Of a stretch of DNA of 64,000 bases, positions 49,856 through 60,073 are shown in pieces. Each line of letters opens with the position of its first letter. Positions within the stretch are counted from its first letter, which is position 1. The notes under the pieces were generated by a model. The model was not told where the DNA came from and ran no database searches. It saw only the letters and a list, made by a program, of their open reading frames with translations. The position numbers and the translations under genes are program-made. Source of the DNA: an uncultured Spirochaetota bacterium (GTDB lineage: Bacteria; Spirochaetota; Brevinematia; Brevinematales; JAOACQ01); contig CAWIGG010000002.1 of NCBI GenBank assembly GCA_963835575.1, positions 1,248,001-1,312,000 on the forward strand, written 5' to 3'.

Positions 49856-51340
49856 TTACCGGCTGTATAATTTTGTCATTTCCAACAATCTTTTTACCAG
49901 AGCATCATCCAAAGCCTTTTTACCGAATCTCCATTGCCAATTGCCGTTTGAAGTACCGGGCAGGTTCATTCTTCCTTCATTTCCCAATCCGAGAACGTCC
50001 TGAAGCGGAGTTATGGCGAACTCCGTAACTGAAGACCATGCCAGACGGATGATATCCCAATTAATTTCCCGGACTTCAGTCAGATAACTTTTCACAAAAT
50101 CCCTTTCTGTCTGGCCTAAAGATTTATACCAGCCTGTAATCGTATCATTATCATGTGTTCCTGTATAAACAACGCAGCTTTTAGGATAATGATGCGGCAG
50201 ATAAGGATTTTCAGGGCCGGAACCAAAAGCGAACTGCAGAATTTTCATTCCCGGCATGTGAAACGATTTTCTTAAATCGATCACATCAGGCGTAATATAT
50301 CCAAGATCTTCCGCTATGATCGGCAATTCTCCCAGAAATTTTTCCATCGACTTAAAAAACTCTTTACCCGGTCCTTTTTCCCACTTACCGCCGATCGCAG
50401 TTTTATCACCGTAAGGAACAGCCCAATAAGCGGCAAAACCCCGGAAATGGTCCAGACGTATATAATCAAAAAGCTCCATTGTTATCTCAAAACGATTTTT
50501 CCACCAGTAATAACCTCGCTTTTTCATTCGCTTCCAGTTATAGAGAGGATTGCCCCAGAGCTGTCCTGTTTCGCTGAAATAATCAGGCGGAACCCCTGCC
50601 ACTTTGACCGGTTCTCTATTTTTATTAAAATAGAAATACTCGGGATGGGACCATGCGTCAGAACTGTCAAAAGCCACAAAAAGCGGAATATCCCCGATAA
50701 TTTTAATATGCTTACTATTAGCGTATTTTTTTATTTCATTCCATTGTTTAAAAAATACAAACTGCATGAATTTTTGAAATGTTATTTCATCAACAGCCTT
50801 TTTTTTAAAATTCAATATTTCATGGGAATGATGGTTCCTGTATTCTTTTTCCCAGGTAGACCAGGCGGCGCCGTTATGGCGGCTTTTTAAAGCCATAAAA
50901 AGCGCATAATCATCCAGCCAGAATGAATTTTTCAGGCAGAATTCAGTAAAAGCTCTTTTTTCACCATCTTTCTGAATATGGATATTATTATTATAAGCCT
51001 TTCTCAAGACCGGATATTTGATATTGATGACTTTTCCATAATCAACATGATTTTCATCAAAAGACGCGCCGATTTCTATGTCTTCATTCAAAAGCAAACC
51101 TTCATCAGCAAGTTTATCTAAATCTATCAGAAGAGGGTTGCCGGCAAAAGCCGAAAAACATTGATACGGCGAATCGCCGTAACCGGTCGGGCCTAATGGA
51201 CATATCTGCCATAGCTTTTGCCCCGAGGCGGCCAGAAAATCGATGAAATTAAAAGCTTCTTTTCCCAGCGTTCCGATTCCGAACCTGCCGGGCAGTGAAG
51301 TGGGATGGAGTAAAATTCCGCTTTTTCTTTCAAGAACCAT
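49856..51340 (-). CDS. malQ: 4-alpha-glucanotransferase (amylomaltase)
   Basis: GILLHPTSLP, RLDHFRGF, IAEDLG and YTGTHDNDT motifs. Confidence 0.95.
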   Translation of the reverse strand: MVLERKSGILLHPTSLPGRFGIGTLGKEAFNFIDFLAASGQKLWQICPLGPTGYGDSPYQCFSAFAGNPLLIDLDKLADEGLLLNEDIEIGASFDENHVDYGKVINIKYPVLRKAYNNNIHIQKDGEKRAFTEFCLKNSFWLDDYALFMALKSRHNGAAWSTWEKEYRNHHSHEILNFKKKAVDEITFQKFMQFVFFKQWNEIKKYANSKHIKIIGDIPLFVAFDSSDAWSHPEYFYFNKNREPVKVAGVPPDYFSETGQLWGNPLYNWKRMKKRGYYWWKNRFEITMELFDYIRLDHFRGFAAYWAVPYGDKTAIGGKWEKGPGKEFFKSMEKFLGELPIIAEDLGYITPDVIDLRKSFHMPGMKILQFAFGSGPENPYLPHHYPKSCVVYTGTHDNDTITGWYKSLGQTERDFVKSYLTEVREINWDIIRLAWSSVTEFAITPLQDVLGLGNEGRMNLPGTSNGNWQWRFGKKALDDALVKRLLEMTKLYSR

Positions 51341-51349
51341 TTATATACC

Positions 51350-51703
51350 TTAACGGTAGGAACCTTTTCTCGCACTCTTGCGGTTTTGATAGAATACGAA
51401 TCCTGCGATAAGAACTACTGCAAAAACAACAATAATAATGGCAAAATTATCATTGATAATTTCATTTAAATTAAATTTAAAGTTTCTTCCGAAATTTTTG
51501 AAGCTCTTTTTGCCGAATAAATTAAAAACCGGCGCGCTTTTTTTCCCTGATCTATTTTTATTATTATAAGAATAATTCTGTCCATCCCTTGTTTGAAAAG
51601 CCTGCTGCCTGGACCTTGAGTTTCTTTTTGTTGTCGTTTCAAAGCATGAAGTTAATGTCAAAATCAATGAGATTGAACATAAAAAATAGAGGATTCTTTT
51701 CAT
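51350..51703 (-). CDS. Hypothetical lipoprotein/membrane protein
   Basis: LTSC lipobox-like motif and a C-terminal TM helix. Confidence 0.6.
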   Translation of the reverse strand: MKRILYFLCSISLILTLTSCFETTTKRNSRSRQQAFQTRDGQNYSYNNKNRSGKKSAPVFNLFGKKSFKNFGRNFKFNLNEIINDNFAIIIVVFAVVLIAGFVFYQNRKSARKGSYR

Positions 51704-51853
51704 TCAGCCTTCTTTCTCTTCTTAATATAAATTTCTTATTTATTATCGGAAGAGAGTATATAAAATATTTAATGCAGAATATTGAATCTTGCATCAGTTA
51801 TCAATTATAATATAAACCAGTAAAAAAGTGAAGCTATTGAAGGAGGGCCTTTT

Positions 51854-52573
51854 ATGAATACAAAACTCATCCTGGCTCTGGATGCTAATAATTTAGTTGA
51901 AGCCAAGCATATCATAGATGAACTATATACTTATATCGAGATATTTAAAGTGGGAAGCATCCTTTATTCTGCAGAAGGAATAAAAGTTATAGAATACATT
52001 CATTCCAGGGGACGTTCCGTTTTTCTCGATTTAAAATTTTTTGATATTCCCAACACGGTTAAAGGCGTCAGCTTTGTTGTCTGTCAGATGAATGTTAAAA
52101 TGTTTACTTTCCATCTTCTCGGCGGAAAGGAAATGATTCGGGCCATGCTTGACGGCATCAGGGATTGTCTTGCCCGCTGCCCAGTTAAGGAAAAACCTCT
52201 GCCTCTGGGAGTCACCATATTGACCAGTATGAATGATAGAATTATGCGCGAAGAAATGAAAATCACATTAAAACTGCAGGATATGATAAAACATCTTGCA
52301 AAAATGGGATTTAATGAAGGCGTCAGGGGTTTTGTCTGCTCTCCAATGGAAGTGGGTTTGCTCAGAAAAGAGCTTGGAAACGAAACAATTCTTGTTACGC
52401 CGGGAATCCGTCTTGAAGATGACGCGGCAGGCGATCAGAAAAGGGTGATGACCCCTGCTGAAGCTAAAAAGAGCGGAGCTAACTATATAGTTATGGGACG
52501 GTCCATTATGGATAAAAAGGACAGGGTCCAGACCGTTGAAAAAATCTTAAAAGAACTATCATCATCCAAGTAA
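51854..52573 (+). CDS. pyrF: Orotidine-5'-phosphate decarboxylase
   Basis: LALD, FLDLKFFDIPNTV, TPGIR, DQKR and VMGR motifs. Confidence 0.95.
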   Translation: MNTKLILALDANNLVEAKHIIDELYTYIEIFKVGSILYSAEGIKVIEYIHSRGRSVFLDLKFFDIPNTVKGVSFVVCQMNVKMFTFHLLGGKEMIRAMLDGIRDCLARCPVKEKPLPLGVTILTSMNDRIMREEMKITLKLQDMIKHLAKMGFNEGVRGFVCSPMEVGLLRKELGNETILVTPGIRLEDDAAGDQKRVMTPAEAKKSGANYIVMGRSIMDKKDRVQTVEKILKELSSSK

Positions 52574-52584
52574 ATATAAGTCAT

Positions 52585-53241
52585 TTACTTTAAATAATAA
52601 TCTAGACTGCTGCTTTTAAATTTTAAAAAAGCTGATTTTATATAGTTTTCTATAAGCCTTCTTTTTTCATTATTTTTTATGCTTTTATTGAAACTCATTT
52701 TAAAAAGCAGACCCGATAATACTTCTTCGGTTTCCTTATTAACATCAACCGGGTACGCCAGATAGGCGGAAGTTTTATCTATAATATAAAAATTTGTTAT
52801 CTTTTTATTCAAGAAGTAATATCTTTCAAAATCTGCTTTATCATCCAGATATTCATAGCTTTTTATAAGATTCAAGTACCTCTCTATATTATAAAGTGAA
52901 GTATCCAGAGACAATGAAATAATTTCATTACTGTTAGATAATATTTTCTCATATGTGAGGTTAAAATCAGCGATTCCATTATTAACAGAAAAAGAATATG
53001 AACTATTTGTTTCAATAATTGTAAAATTTGAAATATCCGGCAATAGTACAGTCATTTTTTTTAATAATTCCATACTGGCTGAATCAACAATCGCGACACT
53101 GCCTTTTAAGACGCTGTTATATTTACCGTTCCGGTAGGCAGTTCTGACATTATTTAATCCTGAATTGATATCATCCGAATAAATATTTGAATACAGAAAT
53201 AATAAAAATGCAGCAGTAAAAATAATACTTTTTCCTTTCAT
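52585..53241 (-). CDS. Hypothetical secreted protein
   Basis: 218-aa ORF with a signal peptide, coupled to the upstream gene. Confidence 0.6.
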   Translation of the reverse strand: MKGKSIIFTAAFLLFLYSNIYSDDINSGLNNVRTAYRNGKYNSVLKGSVAIVDSASMELLKKMTVLLPDISNFTIIETNSSYSFSVNNGIADFNLTYEKILSNSNEIISLSLDTSLYNIERYLNLIKSYEYLDDKADFERYYFLNKKITNFYIIDKTSAYLAYPVDVNKETEEVLSGLLFKMSFNKSIKNNEKRRLIENYIKSAFLKFKSSSLDYYLK

Positions 53242-53242
53242 A

Positions 53243-54112
53243 CTAATCTCCTATTAACTCCATGATAATAAAATCCGGTTTTGCAAAAAAACGGAAAGGA
53301 ATATAACGGCTGACGCCAAGCCCTTTGGATATTGACAGTATGGTGCCATTATGAATTGAAATCCCTCTGGCCTCTTTCCTCTTTATTTCGCTTTTAATAA
53401 CCAGAGGAACCCCGAAAGCGGTAATCTGACCGCCATGAGTGTGTCCTGCCAGCACAACGTCCGCTTTGCCTTTATAATAATTTATCACTTCCGGATAATG
53501 GGACAATAATAAAGTCAATATTTTTTCTTTCTCATATTTTATTTTAAGAAAAGATTTATTTTTGAGTGAACGGGTATCAATTCCGACAATTTTTATTTTA
53601 TCCTTTTTTATTTTCATGTCATAAGTTTCATCTATTAGAAGTTTAACTCCGGCTTCATTTAAGACCTTTTTTAAAGTTTTTACATCAGCTTCTTTTTTTT
53701 CATTGAAAAAAAAGAACGGATAAAAAATATGAAGGAAGTTATATTGAAAATAATCATGGTTTCCCATTACTCCAAATATTCCGTAACGGGATTTCAATCC
53801 TGATAAAAAAGGAATCAGCATTTCTATCCCCGAATTATTATCAATAAAATCTCCCGTTATAAAAATAAAATCAGGCTTTTTTTTCTTAACCCATAAGTCA
53901 ATCATGCTTTTCATTTTATTCAATCTTGAAGAGCTCATATTTTTAAAGAGATGAAAGTCTGAGAGATGCATGCATGTGTATCTGCCTTTTATATTTTTTA
54001 ACCGTAATCTTACCTGTTCCACGGATATCTGTTTTGTTTCAATAAAATAAGCATAAAATAGAAATAGCGAAATAATAATGATAATAGCAACGGCCGTAAA
54101 GATACCTAACAC
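53243..54112 (-). CDS. Metallophosphoesterase (YkuE-like)
   Basis: SDFH, TGD, GNHD, SH and GHTHGGQ motifs. Confidence 0.88.
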   Translation of the reverse strand: MLGIFTAVAIIIIISLFLFYAYFIETKQISVEQVRLRLKNIKGRYTCMHLSDFHLFKNMSSSRLNKMKSMIDLWVKKKKPDFIFITGDFIDNNSGIEMLIPFLSGLKSRYGIFGVMGNHDYFQYNFLHIFYPFFFFNEKKEADVKTLKKVLNEAGVKLLIDETYDMKIKKDKIKIVGIDTRSLKNKSFLKIKYEKEKILTLLLSHYPEVINYYKGKADVVLAGHTHGGQITAFGVPLVIKSEIKRKEARGISIHNGTILSISKGLGVSRYIPFRFFAKPDFIIMELIGD

Positions 54113-54166
54113 GTTTTCTCCTTATGAAATAAAAAGGCAATTTTTTATAAGAATCTGCGGTAAGAA

Positions 54167-56185
54167 CTATTGGTCCTGAAGAAAACCAAGGTTGAGAAGC
54201 TCTGATTTTTGAAAATGCGTGGCTTCAGCGGTACCTTTTTGTTTTCCATAAATCGCCATGCCCACGACACTTTCTTTTTTAACAATAGGCACTATAAAAA
54301 CTTCGTCTATACTATCCAATTCCTGTGCCGAAAATCTTTCTTTTAAATATCTTGTATTCTTTATTTCCCCTTTTATATCCAGGCCTTTATTCTGTGAAAG
54401 GAACATTTGAAACACAGGATCTTTTTCGGAAATGGCAAATTTATCAGTCTGAAATCCTTCTTTCATAATACACATAAACTGATTATTAATACGCTTCAGA
54501 ATTAATATATTAAGTATATTGAGGCTGTTTCTCGCAAGATCAAATGCTACCTTGCCGTAATCTTCCACCGAACAGATAGAGCTGACTTTTTGAGGAGGCT
54601 CTGCCATTGCCGCCTCACCCTCATCCATAGGCACTGATACGCCTGTTTTCGCTTCTTCAGTAAGCGGGATCATTTCTTCCACTTTGATCTCGGGAAGCTC
54701 TCCTTTTTCAGCCGACACGGATTTTTTTGCCGCTTCTTCCGGGTTCTCACCGCTAAAAGGTTCCATCTCAAAACTAAAAGGCTCAAATTCAACTATATCT
54801 TCCTTATGTTCTTCCTGGATTTCATGCGGTATTTCTTCATGATAAGATTCGCTGAGAACTATTTCCTCATCGCTCAGATCTTCATCAATATTAATTTCCT
54901 TTTCTTTTCTAACCGGTGCTTTTGATTCTATATTGCTGAGGATTCTTTCCTCTTCAGCAAAGAGGTCTGTCTCCTTAGACGGCTTAATATGATCATAAGT
55001 ATTGATGGCTTGGGGCATTTCAAACGAAGGTTCGGAAATTTCAATCATTTCCTGTGTTTCTCCCATAGCCTCTTGAGAAAGGTCTATCTCCGGCATTTCA
55101 TTTATTTCCGGCTCTGCTTCAGGAAACGACGCCGTAAGATCAATACCGTTAGAAAGGATCATATCTTCTATGCCTTTCTTCGCTTCTTTGTCTTCAAATG
55201 GCTTATTGTCCTCGATATCCATAATAAGATCTTTTATTTCATCCTTTTTAACTTCAGCAATTTTTTTCTCCCGAAGCGGCACATTTACCGGCTTTATAGG
55301 CATATCCTGAATCATTTTTTCATTACGCATAATCTGAATCAGCGCTATAACAACCATAAAAAAGAGACAGAGGTTTATAATAAGCGCAATAATTCCAAAC
55401 AATGGTATATATTTTTCATTATTGGGATAATATCCCTGGACTGTGCCGTTGATATATTTTTTTGCTATGACGAGGTTTTTATAACCTTTATTCAGCTTTT
55501 TATAACTTTCCGGGTTGTTGATATAACTCAGCATGAATTTTATTTTATTAGTATCCATTCCGGCGCCGCTCATTAAAATTATATTTGACATGGCATAAGT
55601 AACCGATAAATGGGTTGAAGGCCCGCCGGGCAATAGTTTTTCCATTTTATAATGCAGTACGACAAAACCTTTTTTAGCCGGTTTCGAATCTTCCGCGGAA
55701 ATCGGATAAAAAGAAGCGAAAGAAGTTTTATTTAAAAAATAAACATACATATTCGTGTTGGTAATAAAATGATTCTGAATTGCGGACATAATAGGTTTGA
55801 TAATTTTACTGGCGTAAATCTCATTGGTGTCATTGGAAAAGATTATCTTTCCCTCTGAATCCAGGACCTGGATCTTCTGGCATTCAGGGATGGTATTTTT
55901 TATCTTATCAAAATCTTCCAGATACTTTTCTGTGTTTTCCCCTGATTTTGAGCTTTTATATACCGATTGAACTAGATTATCTTTCGAAAGGTATATGATT
56001 TCCGAATCAATTTTATTCATATTGGTTTCTATTGTGGCATAATACGCCGAAACCATTCTTTCAATATACTGGCGGTAGTATTCCCCGAATATTCCCAATC
56101 TATTTTTAATAAAAAATACAAGAACAATCATTGATGCTAATGAAAAAATAAGCAGGAGAATCAGCAGCGTTTTTTTCTTGGCCAT
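54167..56185 (-). CDS. Hypothetical two-TM protein with periplasmic sensor-like domain and acidic cytoplasmic linker
   Basis: TM - periplasmic region - TM - Glu-rich low-complexity region - globular C-terminus. Confidence 0.65.
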   Translation of the reverse strand: MAKKKTLLILLLIFSLASMIVLVFFIKNRLGIFGEYYRQYIERMVSAYYATIETNMNKIDSEIIYLSKDNLVQSVYKSSKSGENTEKYLEDFDKIKNTIPECQKIQVLDSEGKIIFSNDTNEIYASKIIKPIMSAIQNHFITNTNMYVYFLNKTSFASFYPISAEDSKPAKKGFVVLHYKMEKLLPGGPSTHLSVTYAMSNIILMSGAGMDTNKIKFMLSYINNPESYKKLNKGYKNLVIAKKYINGTVQGYYPNNEKYIPLFGIIALIINLCLFFMVVIALIQIMRNEKMIQDMPIKPVNVPLREKKIAEVKKDEIKDLIMDIEDNKPFEDKEAKKGIEDMILSNGIDLTASFPEAEPEINEMPEIDLSQEAMGETQEMIEISEPSFEMPQAINTYDHIKPSKETDLFAEEERILSNIESKAPVRKEKEINIDEDLSDEEIVLSESYHEEIPHEIQEEHKEDIVEFEPFSFEMEPFSGENPEEAAKKSVSAEKGELPEIKVEEMIPLTEEAKTGVSVPMDEGEAAMAEPPQKVSSICSVEDYGKVAFDLARNSLNILNILILKRINNQFMCIMKEGFQTDKFAISEKDPVFQMFLSQNKGLDIKGEIKNTRYLKERFSAQELDSIDEVFIVPIVKKESVVGMAIYGKQKGTAEATHFQKSELLNLGFLQDQ

Positions 56186-56284
56186 AAATCGACCCCTCAA
56201 TCGGATAATTGCACAAATTTCCTAATTCTATTTTTCGGTAAAAATACTAATAATCATTAGCTAATAATGCAAAAATAATAAAAA

Positions 56285-56322
56285 AAGCGGCGGACAGCTT
56301 TTTATTGCTTTTTCCGCCGCTT
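56285..56322 (-). terminator. Terminator after nifJ
   Basis: AAGCGGCGGA...TCCGCCGCTT stem with an A-tract on the left (U-tract on the minus strand). Confidence 0.65.
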
Positions 56323-56340
56323 ATTAATTTCAATTATATT

Positions 56341-59300
56341 TTAAATACCTGCCAGCCTCTTATATGTCTGATAGCGGATTTTTGCGTTCTCTTCAGCCGC
56401 TTTAAGAAGCGCTTCGGCCTTATCAGGGAAAGTCTTCACCAGCGACGCATACCTGACTTCTCCCATCAGAAAGTCCCTGAAACTTGCCGCCGGCTCTTTG
56501 GAATCAAGCAAAAATGGATTCTTTCCTTCATTAATCAGCAGGGGATTATAACGGTAAAGGTGCCAGTAACCGGCATCCACAGCTTTCTTCTCTTCTTCCT
56601 GCGACTTGCCCATTCCGGCATAAAGCCCGTGGTTGATGCAGGGAGCGTACGCTATGATGACTGAAGGGCCGGGATAGTTTTCAGCTTCCACGATGGCCTT
56701 TAAAAACTGAGCCTTGTTCGCTCCCATGGCGACCTGCGCCACATAGACATAGCCGTAGCTGATGGCCATCATGCCGAGATCTTTTTTGCGGATTTTTTTA
56801 CCCGAAGCGGCGAATTTGGCAATGGCCGCCGTCGGAGTCGCTTTTGAAGCCTGTCCGCCGGTGTTGGAATAGACTTCCGTATCAAGCACGAGAAGATTGA
56901 TGTTTTCGCCGGTAGCGATGACATGGTCCAATCCGCCGTACCCGATATCGTATGCCCAGCCGTCGCCGCCGATGACCCATTGCGATTTCTTTATTAGAAA
57001 TTTATCGAGTTTTTTTATTTCACCCAGAGTACCGGAAGTTTCCTTCTTTAAAAGCTCTTTGATCTTTTTAGAAACATCTTTTGATTTTTCACTATCATTT
57101 TTATTAGCCATCCAATCTTCAAAGGCAGCTTTAATTTCTCCGGAAGCGCCGTCCTGTATCGCCTTTTTCATCATGATCTCAAGTTTATCCTTCATCTGGT
57201 TATCGGCCAATACCATTCCCAATCCATACTCGGCATTATCTTCAAACAGGGAATTGGCCCATGAAGGCCCGAATCCCTCATCATTAACACAGTACGGGGT
57301 TGCCGGCGCTGAGCCGCCGTAAATCGAGGAACAGCCTGTAGCGTTGGCAACCATCATTCTGTCGCCGAAAAGCTGTGTGATGACCTTAATATAGGAAGTT
57401 TCGCCGCAGCCCGCGCATGCACCCGAAAACTCAAATAAAGGCCTCGCGAACTGGCTGCCTTTAATTGTCTTTTTATCATTTAAAGTATCTTTGTAGGTTA
57501 TATTTTTAGCGAAATAATCCCAGCGCGCAATTTCCTCATTCTGGCTTTCGAGAGGCTTCATCACCAGGGATTTCTGGTTCTGCTTTCCGGGGCAGATATC
57601 CGCGCAGTTGCCGCAGCCGGTACAGTCCAGAACGCTCAGCTGGATCTTGTATTGATAATTTTCCAGTCCCTTTCCGATCGCTTTAAGAGTTTTTGTCCCC
57701 GCGGGCAGTCCTTTCATTTCCTTTTCATCCAGAAGGAACGGTCTGATCACGGCATGTGGACAGACAAAGGCGCACTGGTTGCACTGAGTACAGTTTTCAG
57801 GGATCCATTCCGGCACATTAACAGCGATGCCTCTTTTTTCATACTGAGTGGTCGCCGGAGGAAAAGTGCCGTCTTCCCTGCCGACAAAGGCGCTGACAGG
57901 CAGGCTGTCGCCTTCCATCGCGTTTATCGGGTTCATAACCTTTTTGATAAACTCGGGAAGATCCTTGTTTTCCACTTTTTCCTTTATTTTCAAATCTTTC
58001 CATTCCGAAGGAATTTTGATTTTAATAACGTCGCCGCCTTTATCAATGGCCAAATAGTTCATATTGACGATTTTGTCGCCCTTCTTGCCGTAACTTTTAT
58101 AAATGGCTTTTTTCATATGATCAATGACATCTTTATGAGGTATGATATTGGCCACTTTGAAAAAGGCCGACTGCATGATGGTGTTGGTCCTTCCGCCGAG
58201 TCCGATCCCTTCGGCTATTTCAGTCGCATTGATGATATAAAACTGAATATCATTATCCGCGAGGTATTTCTTCATCTGGTTCGGAAGATGGTCGACTGTT
58301 TCCTTTTCATCCCAGATGCTGTTCAGAAGAAATGTCCCGCCTTTCTTCAGTCCTTTCAGCATATCATACTTGTCCAGATAGGAAGGAACATGGCAGGCCA
58401 CAAAATTCGGGCTTGTGACATAGTAAGGCTGCTGGATCGGCTTATCGCCGAAACGAAGATGCGAGATCGTAACATTGCCTGATTTTTTAGAATCATAGAC
58501 AAAGTAAGCCTGCGCGTATTTATTCGTGTTCTCGCCGATAATTTTAATCGAGTTTTTGTTGGCGCCGACCGTACCGTCGGCCCCAATTCCGTAAAACTTC
58601 GCCTCATAAGTCCCTTCAGGGCTGACATCGACGCATTCGCCCAGAGGCAGAGATAAAAAGGTCACATCATCGACAATACCGACTGTAAACTGGTCCTTCG
58701 GTTCCTTCATTTTAAGGTTTTCGAAAACAGCGATTACCTGTTCCGGTGTTGTGTCTTTTGAGCTTAAACCGTATCTGCCGCCGACAATAAGGGGCGCTTT
58801 ATCTCTATTATAGAAAAGGTTCTTTACATCAAGATAGAGAGGCTCGCCGCCGGCGCCCGGCTCTTTTGTCCTGTCCAGAACGCTGATCCTTTTTACTGTT
58901 TTAGGGAGCACATTAAAGAAATATTTCGCTGAAAAAGGCCTGTAAAGGTGCACGGCGATCATTCCGACTTTCTCGCCTTTCTTTACAAGATAATCGATCA
59001 CGGGCTTTGCCAGGTCGGTTAATGAACCCATCGCTATAAGGATGTTCTCGGCGTCTTTCGCCCCGTAATAATCAAAGGGATGGTATTCGCGGCCTGTGAG
59101 CTTACTCATCTGCTGCATGGACGATTCAACAATATCAGGCAAGGCATCATAAAATTTATTGCATGCTTCCTTTGCCTGGAAAAAGATATCCGGGTTCTGC
59201 GCGGTTCCCCTTGTGACAGGGTTTTCAGGGCTGAGCGCCCTGTTCCGGAATTCATCCAGGGATTTTTTATCAAGAAGCTTTTCGTAATCGGAATAATCCA

Positions 59301-59856
59301 GCGCTTCCGCTTTCTGAATTTCAGCGGAAGTCCTGAACCCGTCGAAGAAATGTAAAAAAGGAACGCGAGACTTCATCGCGGCCATATGGGCCACCGGGGC
59401 CAGGTCCAGTATTTCCTGCACGGAGCCGGTTGCCAGCATGGCAAAACCGGTCTGGCGGCAGGCCATCACATCGGAATGGTCGCCGAAGATAGAAAGGGCA
59501 TGAGCGGCGACAGTCCTCGCGCTGACATGAAAAACTCCCGGCAGAAGCTCGCCGGCTATTTTATACATATTGGGTATCATCAGTAAAAGACCCTGGGAAG
59601 CCGTGAATGTCGTGGTCAAGGCACCGGCCTGAAGAGCGCCATGCACGGCGCCGGCCGCGCCTGCCTCAGACTGCATTTCTGTAATCCTTAAAACTTCGCC
59701 GAACATGTTCTTTTTACCCTCACTCGCCCATTCGTCGCAGTATTCCGCCATCGTGGACGAAGGCGTGATCGGATAGATAGCCGCTATTTCAGAAAACGCG
59801 TACGCCACATGGGCCGCAGCATTATTTCCATCCATCATCTTCATGGATTTTGCCAT
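56341..59856 (-). CDS. nifJ: Pyruvate:ferredoxin/flavodoxin oxidoreductase
   Basis: YPITPS, MQSEAGAAG, two 4Fe-4S ferredoxin motifs, FSGACAGCGE and GGDGWAYDIG. Confidence 0.97.
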   Translation of the reverse strand: MAKSMKMMDGNNAAAHVAYAFSEIAAIYPITPSSTMAEYCDEWASEGKKNMFGEVLRITEMQSEAGAAGAVHGALQAGALTTTFTASQGLLLMIPNMYKIAGELLPGVFHVSARTVAAHALSIFGDHSDVMACRQTGFAMLATGSVQEILDLAPVAHMAAMKSRVPFLHFFDGFRTSAEIQKAEALDYSDYEKLLDKKSLDEFRNRALSPENPVTRGTAQNPDIFFQAKEACNKFYDALPDIVESSMQQMSKLTGREYHPFDYYGAKDAENILIAMGSLTDLAKPVIDYLVKKGEKVGMIAVHLYRPFSAKYFFNVLPKTVKRISVLDRTKEPGAGGEPLYLDVKNLFYNRDKAPLIVGGRYGLSSKDTTPEQVIAVFENLKMKEPKDQFTVGIVDDVTFLSLPLGECVDVSPEGTYEAKFYGIGADGTVGANKNSIKIIGENTNKYAQAYFVYDSKKSGNVTISHLRFGDKPIQQPYYVTSPNFVACHVPSYLDKYDMLKGLKKGGTFLLNSIWDEKETVDHLPNQMKKYLADNDIQFYIINATEIAEGIGLGGRTNTIMQSAFFKVANIIPHKDVIDHMKKAIYKSYGKKGDKIVNMNYLAIDKGGDVIKIKIPSEWKDLKIKEKVENKDLPEFIKKVMNPINAMEGDSLPVSAFVGREDGTFPPATTQYEKRGIAVNVPEWIPENCTQCNQCAFVCPHAVIRPFLLDEKEMKGLPAGTKTLKAIGKGLENYQYKIQLSVLDCTGCGNCADICPGKQNQKSLVMKPLESQNEEIARWDYFAKNITYKDTLNDKKTIKGSQFARPLFEFSGACAGCGETSYIKVITQLFGDRMMVANATGCSSIYGGSAPATPYCVNDEGFGPSWANSLFEDNAEYGLGMVLADNQMKDKLEIMMKKAIQDGASGEIKAAFEDWMANKNDSEKSKDVSKKIKELLKKETSGTLGEIKKLDKFLIKKSQWVIGGDGWAYDIGYGGLDHVIATGENINLLVLDTEVYSNTGGQASKATPTAAIAKFAASGKKIRKKDLGMMAISYGYVYVAQVAMGANKAQFLKAIVEAENYPGPSVIIAYAPCINHGLYAGMGKSQEEEKKAVDAGYWHLYRYNPLLINEGKNPFLLDSKEPAASFRDFLMGEVRYASLVKTFPDKAEALLKAAEENAKIRYQTYKRLAGI

Positions 59857-60073
59857 ATCTTTCCTCCATACTATAATAAATAGTCCTTGAATCATTATAC
59901 AGCATTTTATCAAAAATGACAAAAATTTAGGGAATTACACCCCGGTTTATTGGATGAATTGCCTGATAAATTTTGAGATAACAGAAAAAGCCGTAATTTA
60001 AACAATCCTATTTCCTATTGATTTAAATAAACCATTTTATTATAATATTTTAAGTTTTCTTTAAGGGGCCTTT

